64,000 nucleotides of DNA from positions 256,001-320,000 of the forward strand of contig CAWJJC010000022.1 of NCBI GenBank assembly GCA_963843145.1, given 5' to 3'. A program made the position numbers and the translations under genes. The notes under the pieces were generated by a model. It was not told where the DNA came from. It ran no database searches and worked only from the letters and a program-made list of their open reading frames with translations. The stretch is from an uncultured delta proteobacterium. Its GTDB lineage: Bacteria; Desulfobacterota; RBG-13-43-22. Every line of letters begins with the position of its first letter. Position 1 is the stretch's first letter. This document shows, piece after piece, positions 58,686 through 64,000 of the stretch.

Positions 58686-58825
58686 TCCATTCTCCTCCCT
58701 ATGTTTGGATAAGATTTGTTTACCTGGAGGCCCTGAGGCCTTGGCTGAAAGCAATGATACCATAATTTCTCTTTTTTCAACTACATAAAAGCGTCATCCG
58801 AGGGCCGGGTCAATAAATTGTGACC

Positions 58826-59794
58826 TTAGGTCTCAAGGCCCGGTCTTTTATTGCCGAGCGAATCATCCAATACCGACAGGGCCTGGCAATAAAGACTGGC
58901 GGCCCGGTAGGAACTACGGACCAAGGGTCCCGAGGCTACCCCTTCAAACCCCATTTTGCGGGCCTTTTCCTCCCAGCCGGCAAATTCCGCGGGCCGCACA
59001 TAACGCCGGAGCGGGAGATGCGCGGGGGTGGGCTGGAGGTACTGGCCGATAGTCAGCAGGTTGCATCCTTGATTTCTAAGTTCCTGAAGGACAGCCAAGA
59101 CTTCGGCCTCCTTCTCTCCTAATCCTACCATCAGCCCGGATTTGGTCAATACCTCGGGGAACTGATTTCTTAAAAAGTTAAAAAGAGACAGGGACCGCTG
59201 ATAATCCGCCCCGGGACGGACCAAGGGATACAGGCGCGGGACCGTCTCCATATTATGATTAATAACGGCGGGGCGGCTTTCAGCAACCCCCTGAAACGAT
59301 TCTTCCCGTCCCTGGAAGTCGGGTATCAGGCACTCCACCCTGGTCCCAGGGGTCCGTTCCCTGATGGCCAGGACAGTCCGTCCGAAGTGCTCTGCCCCGC
59401 CATCCGGAAGGTCGTCCCGGGTGACCGAGGTTAAGACCGCGTATTGGATCCCCATCTTTTGGATGGCCGCCGCAACTCTATCCGGTTCATCGGCCTCCAG
59501 GGGTTTAGGGGGACCGGGCGAAACTGCGCAAAAAGCACAATTTCGGGTACAGCGGTCGCCCATCAGCAGAAAGGTGACGGTCCCCTGTGAAAAACATTCG
59601 CCCTGGTTGGGACATCGTGCTTCCTGGCAAACGGTATGCAGGCCGTCTTGCTGAATAAGCCCTTTTATCCGCAAGATATTCGGCCCGGCGGCCATCCTTT
59701 TTTTCAGCCAGGCCGGCTTGGGCTGAAAAGGAGCACGGCTTCTTGAAGTCGGATTCGCCTGTCCCGTCTGGATGTCAGTGATGATTGGGTCCAT
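58826..59794 (-). CDS. lipA: Lipoyl synthase
   Basis: TVCQEARCPNQGEC, CTRNCAFC, VRSSY. Confidence 0.96.
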   Translation of the reverse strand: MDPIITDIQTGQANPTSRSRAPFQPKPAWLKKRMAAGPNILRIKGLIQQDGLHTVCQEARCPNQGECFSQGTVTFLLMGDRCTRNCAFCAVSPGPPKPLEADEPDRVAAAIQKMGIQYAVLTSVTRDDLPDGGAEHFGRTVLAIRERTPGTRVECLIPDFQGREESFQGVAESRPAVINHNMETVPRLYPLVRPGADYQRSLSLFNFLRNQFPEVLTKSGLMVGLGEKEAEVLAVLQELRNQGCNLLTIGQYLQPTPAHLPLRRYVRPAEFAGWEEKARKMGFEGVASGPLVRSSYRAASLYCQALSVLDDSLGNKRPGLET

Positions 59795-60587
59795 CTGAAA
59801 TGCTTATCGGTCTTTTTTTACAATTTTCAAGCAATTTTTTCAAGTTTTCATCGTCCTGTTCTCTGGAGACCAGTTTTACATTGAAAACTTTTTCAAAATG
59901 GCCGGCCAAACGCCGGCGCAGATCCTGCGCTTCTATCATTCCCTCCTTCAATAATTCCAGGGAGGTCATTCGAACCCCGGACAACCCGCAGGGGACAATC
60001 CAATGGAAAGGACCCAGATCGACGCCGTAATTCAAGGCAAAGCCGTGATAGACGATACCCGCTTGCACTGCCAGGCCCAAAGAGGCAATTTTTTCCCCTT
60101 TCACCCAAACGCCGGGGTACCCCGCCTTTCGACCGGCCTGGAGGTCGTAATCCGCCAGGGCGCCAATGAGCACCTCTTCCAGTAAAAAAACGTAATCCCG
60201 GATTCCTAATCGATGGGATTTCAAATTGAAAACAGGATAGCCGACCAACTGCCCGGGGCCGTGATAGGTTACCTGGCCTCCCCGCTCGCAGCGGATGAGG
60301 TCGATGTGGAGCGCCTGCAACCGTTGAGGATCGACCAAAACGTTGCCCAATTTTCCCCACCTACCCAAGGTCAGCACCGGCGGGTGTTCCAGGAGGATCA
60401 AGAAATCCGGGAAAAGAGGGTCGGCTTTTTTTTGGTTTACCAGAAATTTCTGGAGATCCCAGGCGGCCTGATAAGGAACAAGTCCCAGGTTCAACCAGAC
60501 TACCTCTTTCATGCCGAAAGTATACTTTTTTTGCCCCTTCTTCACAAGGAGTTCTTGCCGGCGGTTATCCTTGACCTCGTTTCCCAT
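59775..60587 (-). CDS. lipB: Lipoyl(octanoyl) transferase
   Basis: LEHPPV.TLG, RGGQVTYHGPGQLVGY, KIASLG, HGFALN, PCG; real start may be ATG 60512. Confidence 0.95.
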   Translation of the reverse strand: MGNEVKDNRRQELLVKKGQKKYTFGMKEVVWLNLGLVPYQAAWDLQKFLVNQKKADPLFPDFLILLEHPPVLTLGRWGKLGNVLVDPQRLQALHIDLIRCERGGQVTYHGPGQLVGYPVFNLKSHRLGIRDYVFLLEEVLIGALADYDLQAGRKAGYPGVWVKGEKIASLGLAVQAGIVYHGFALNYGVDLGPFHWIVPCGLSGVRMTSLELLKEGMIEAQDLRRRLAGHFEKVFNVKLVSREQDDENLKKLLENCKKRPISISDGPNHH

Positions 60588-60668
60588 CCTTGATAGGATA
60601 CGGTAGCTTTCAGGCTGAACTAAACCATTCCCCCGGTTTTACCGGGCGGGCATTAAAGAGGAAAAACC

Positions 60669-61271
60669 ATGCCGTCTGCCCCCAAAGCGCTGATCAGCGT
60701 GACCGACAAGTCCGGAATTGTGGAATTCGCCCGGGAATTGATTCAATTGGATTTTGAAATCCTGTCCACCGGCGGGACGGCCAAGGCCCTTCAGGCCGCC
60801 GAGCTGCCGGTAACAGAGGTCTCCGCCTATACCGGGTTCCCGGAAATCCTGGACGGGCGCGTCAAGACCCTACAGCCCAAGATCCACGGCGGGCTATTGG
60901 GGCGCCGTCAGGATCCCCGGCACCGGGAACAAATGCAGGCCTTGGATATTGAACCCATCGAACTGCTGGTGGTCAATTTATACGCCTTCGAAAAGACCGT
61001 CGCCAAACCGGGATGTACTTTGGAGGAGGCCATCGAAAATATTGATATCGGCGGTCCCGCCCTACTCCGGGCGGCTGCCAAGAACTACGTGGAAGTGACG
61101 GTCCTCAGCGATCCAAATGATTACCCGCAGGTCCTTCAGGAACTAAAAACCAACGGCCGGACTTCCCTCGCCACCCGATTTTACCTGGCTAAGAAGGTCT
61201 TCGCCTTAACCCAACGGTACGATGGGGCCATCAGCCACTACCTCAATACTTTTGTGGATCCCCATGAATAG
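60669..61271 (+). CDS. purH: IMP cyclohydrolase (PurH N-terminal domain only)
   Basis: [33 protein letters not shown]; stops at 200 aa. Confidence 0.88.
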   Translation: MPSAPKALISVTDKSGIVEFARELIQLDFEILSTGGTAKALQAAELPVTEVSAYTGFPEILDGRVKTLQPKIHGGLLGRRQDPRHREQMQALDIEPIELLVVNLYAFEKTVAKPGCTLEEAIENIDIGGPALLRAAAKNYVEVTVLSDPNDYPQVLQELKTNGRTSLATRFYLAKKVFALTQRYDGAISHYLNTFVDPHE

Positions 61272-61866
61272 CCGTCCGCGGCCTCTTTCCCAGGTGCCCG
61301 GCCGGGTCGCCTTTGACATCGACGGGGTTTTCGGCAATGTCATGGAACTATTCATCCGCCTGGCCCGTGAGCTTTATCAAATAGATTCCATTCACTATGG
61401 GGATATTACCCGATATTATCTGTACGACTGCCTGGACCTGGATTCAGAGATCATCGACCGGTTGATCGAGAAGATTGTCGATTACCCGTATGCTCTGAAA
61501 ATGATTCCTTTCGAACAGTCGGTGCCCGTCCTGAGCGTTTATGGGCAGCGCTATCCCCTGACTTTCGTCACCGCCCGTCATAAGGCGGAACCGATCACCG
61601 ACTGGGTCCTCGGCCAGTTGCCGGATGTCGATCCCCTCCGCATTCGGGTCATCGCCGCCGGGCAACACCATTTGAAACTTAAGATACTTCAGGAATTGGG
61701 TTTTACCTATTACATCGATGATCATTTGGACACCTGTCATTTATTATCCCAACACGCCATCCGGCCCATCGTTTTCGAGCAACCCTGGAATCAGGAGCCC
61801 CATCCTTTTCACAGGGTAGCAAACTGGCAGGAACTAGGGGAAATTTTATTGGACTACTCCGCTTAA
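61264..61866 (+). CDS. HAD-superfamily 5'-nucleotidase-like phosphatase
   Basis: FDIDGV, FVTAR, YIDD, PWN. Confidence 0.85.
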   Translation: MNSRPRPLSQVPGRVAFDIDGVFGNVMELFIRLARELYQIDSIHYGDITRYYLYDCLDLDSEIIDRLIEKIVDYPYALKMIPFEQSVPVLSVYGQRYPLTFVTARHKAEPITDWVLGQLPDVDPLRIRVIAAGQHHLKLKILQELGFTYYIDDHLDTCHLLSQHAIRPIVFEQPWNQEPHPFHRVANWQELGEILLDYSA

Positions 61867-61896
61867 GGCCGGGGTGTTTTCGAGAGGAGGAAGTTT

Positions 61897-63687
61897 ATGA
61901 AGATTCTGGTAGTCGGCGGAGGAGGACGGGAACATGCCCTGGTCTGGAAGATCGACCAGAGTCCCCTGGTGGAAAAAATATTTTGTGCGCCGGGTAACGC
62001 CGGTATCGCGGAAATGGCCACCTGCCTGCCCCTGAAAGGGGAAGACACCGGCGCCCTCCTGGACTTCGCCTTCAAGGAGAAAATTGATTTAACCGTAGTG
62101 GGGCCGGAATCCCCCCTGACCTTAGGCCTGGTGGATACCTTTGAAAAAAAAGGGTTGAAGGCCTTTGGCGTGAGCAAAAGGGCGGCCCTGCTGGAGGCCA
62201 GCAAGGATTTCGCCAAACGGCTGATGACCAAATACCAAATCCCTACCGCGGCCTATCGTTCGTTCACCGATCCGAAACAGGCCATGGCCTACCTGGACAA
62301 GCTCGGGACGCCGGTCGTGGTCAAAGCCGATGGATTGGCCGCCGGCAAAGGGGTCATGGTTTGCCAAACCCTGGCTGAGGCCAAGGCGGCGATCGAGTTG
62401 ATCATGCTGGACCGGGCCTTTGGAGAAGCCGGGAACAAGATCATTTTGGAAGAATACCTGACCGGCGAGGAGGCCTCCTTCCTGGCCTTCAGCGATGGAA
62501 AAACGGTTCTGCCCATGCCCACCTCTCAGGATCACAAGCCGATTTACGACAACGACCAGGGCCCCAATACGGGGGGGATGGGGGCCTATTCACCGGCCCC
62601 GGTGGTGGATGAAGCCCTGTTTCAGGAGGTCATGAATCGGGTCATGATCCCTACGGTCCGGGCCATGGCCAAAGAAGGACGGCCTTATAAAGGGGTGCTT
62701 TATGCGGGGTTGATGATCAACCAGGGAAAGATCAAGGTTCTGGAATACAATGTCCGTTTCGGCGATCCGGAGGCCCAGCCATTACTAATGCGGCTTAAGA
62801 GCGACCTGGTGGAAATCCTGACAGCGGTAACGGTCGGTAAACTGGATCAGGTGAAAGCCGTCTGGGACACCCGCCCGTCGGTTTGCGTGGTTATGGCCGC
62901 CCATGGTTATCCCGGCACCTATCAGAAAGGGCAGACCATTCAGGGCCTGGAGGCGGCTAAACGCCTGAAGGACGTGGTGGTATTTCACGCCGGCACCACC
63001 TTCAAGGATAAGGCCGTGGTGACCAACGGCGGCCGAGTCCTGGGGGTAACCGCCTTGGGGGAAGACATCCCCCGGGCGATTAAAAAGGCCTATCAGGCGG
63101 TCGGCAAAATCCAATGGAAAACGGCCTATTATCGGACCGATATCGGCCAAAAAGCCTCTAAGCACCTTAAGGAGAAAGGGCTTAAACCCAAACCGCTGGT
63201 GGGGTTGATGATGGGCAGTGATTCGGATTTGCCGGTCCTGGAAGTCGCTGCCCGCACCCTGAAGCAATTTAAAATTCCCTTTGAACTGATGGTTTCCTCG
63301 GCCCATCGCTCTCCGAAAAAAACCGCGGAGTTTGCCCGGCGGGCCGAAGATCGGGGGTTCAAGGTCCTGATCGCCGGGGCCGGGGCTGCCGCGCACCTGG
63401 CCGGTGTTTTGGCGGCGGAGACTACCCTGCCGGTGATCGGGGTCCCGATTGACTCCTCGTCCTTGAAAGGGCTGGACTCCCTGCTGGCCATGGTTCAGAT
63501 GCCGTCCGGGGTCCCGGTAGCCACCATGGCCATCGGGATCGCCGGGGCCAAAAACGCAGCCATTCTGGCGGCCCAGATCCTGGCCCTTTTTAATCCCCAG
63601 ATAGCCGAGGCGCTGAAGGCCTTCAAACAGCGCCTGGAGGCCGAGATCCAGGAAAAAGACAAAAAAATCCACACGGTCTGGCCTTGA
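61897..63687 (+). CDS. purD: Phosphoribosylamine-glycine ligase fused to PurE
   Basis: GGGGREHAL, KADGLAAGKG, NTGGMGAY; then MGSDSD, SAHR, AAHLAG, MPSGVPVAT. Confidence 0.96.
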   Translation: MKILVVGGGGREHALVWKIDQSPLVEKIFCAPGNAGIAEMATCLPLKGEDTGALLDFAFKEKIDLTVVGPESPLTLGLVDTFEKKGLKAFGVSKRAALLEASKDFAKRLMTKYQIPTAAYRSFTDPKQAMAYLDKLGTPVVVKADGLAAGKGVMVCQTLAEAKAAIELIMLDRAFGEAGNKIILEEYLTGEEASFLAFSDGKTVLPMPTSQDHKPIYDNDQGPNTGGMGAYSPAPVVDEALFQEVMNRVMIPTVRAMAKEGRPYKGVLYAGLMINQGKIKVLEYNVRFGDPEAQPLLMRLKSDLVEILTAVTVGKLDQVKAVWDTRPSVCVVMAAHGYPGTYQKGQTIQGLEAAKRLKDVVVFHAGTTFKDKAVVTNGGRVLGVTALGEDIPRAIKKAYQAVGKIQWKTAYYRTDIGQKASKHLKEKGLKPKPLVGLMMGSDSDLPVLEVAARTLKQFKIPFELMVSSAHRSPKKTAEFARRAEDRGFKVLIAGAGAAAHLAGVLAAETTLPVIGVPIDSSSLKGLDSLLAMVQMPSGVPVATMAIGIAGAKNAAILAAQILALFNPQIAEALKAFKQRLEAEIQEKDKKIHTVWP

Positions 63688-64000
63688 GAATCATCGCCGA
63701 CTTTCATCTTCATTCGGCCTTTAGTCGGGCGACCAGCCGGGATATGCACCTGCCGGAGATCGCCCGTTGGGGTCGTTTGAAAGGACTGTCCCTCCTGGGC
63801 ACCGGCGACTTTACTCACCCGGCTTATTTTCAGGAGATTCGGACCCAGTTGGAGGAAACCGGAAAGGGGCTGTTGCGACTTAGGGGTGGAAAAGCCGACG
63901 ACCCACTTTTTCTCTTGACCGCCGAAACCAGCCATATCTATACCCAGGGCGGAAAAGGCCGGCGGATCCACATGATGATTTTTGCCCCGGGGCTGGCCGC
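63684..64000 (+). CDS. PHP-domain endonuclease Q-like protein (3' truncated by window)
   Basis: TTG start overlapping the purD stop; RIIADFHLHSAFSRATS...LGTGDFTHP. Confidence 0.85.
   Translation, partial: MRIIADFHLHSAFSRATSRDMHLPEIARWGRLKGLSLLGTGDFTHPAYFQEIRTQLEETGKGLLRLRGGKADDPLFLLTAETSHIYTQGGKGRRIHMMIFAPGLA

Overview
A GC-rich bacterial segment whose gene content (TSUP/TauE exporters, HdrA/MvhD, MetVF, DsrC/DsrE/TusA-like carriers, Orange-protein cluster, PAS-sigma54 activators, purD-purE fusion) points to an anaerobic Desulfobacterota genome; this taxonomy is inferred. Layout: (1) 1-11.1 kb: TSUP exporters with a sensor kinase, three stand-alone receivers, a PEP-synthase/PPDK-like phospho-His protein and two cytidylate-kinase-like/BON proteins. 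(2) 11.3-18.8 kb: sigma54-driven NuoE/NuoF/NuoG-N diaphorase module plus a degenerate HdrA-MvhD fusion, with no catalytic subunit. (3) 19.6-22.2 kb and 32.1-42.6 kb: a split Orange-protein (ORP)-type Fe-S/metal cluster with two UGA-recoded selenoproteins (PrxU, DsrE-like) that the ORF track breaks. (4) 22.8-32 kb: a kinase/receiver pair whose receiver carries a phage-type DUF4376-like domain, a truncated Rep-like mobile gene, and a cytochrome c / Tat-exported MBL / membrane protein operon. (5) 42.9-55.7 kb: sigma54-driven tusA-like-metF-hdrA-mvhD-metV-metF operon followed by a receiver, two ACT proteins and two kinases. (6) Housekeeping end: lipA/lipB, purH N-half, purD-purE, EndoQ-like. No rRNA, tRNA or CRISPR array was seen. 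All family assignments come from motif recognition by eye, not database searches.
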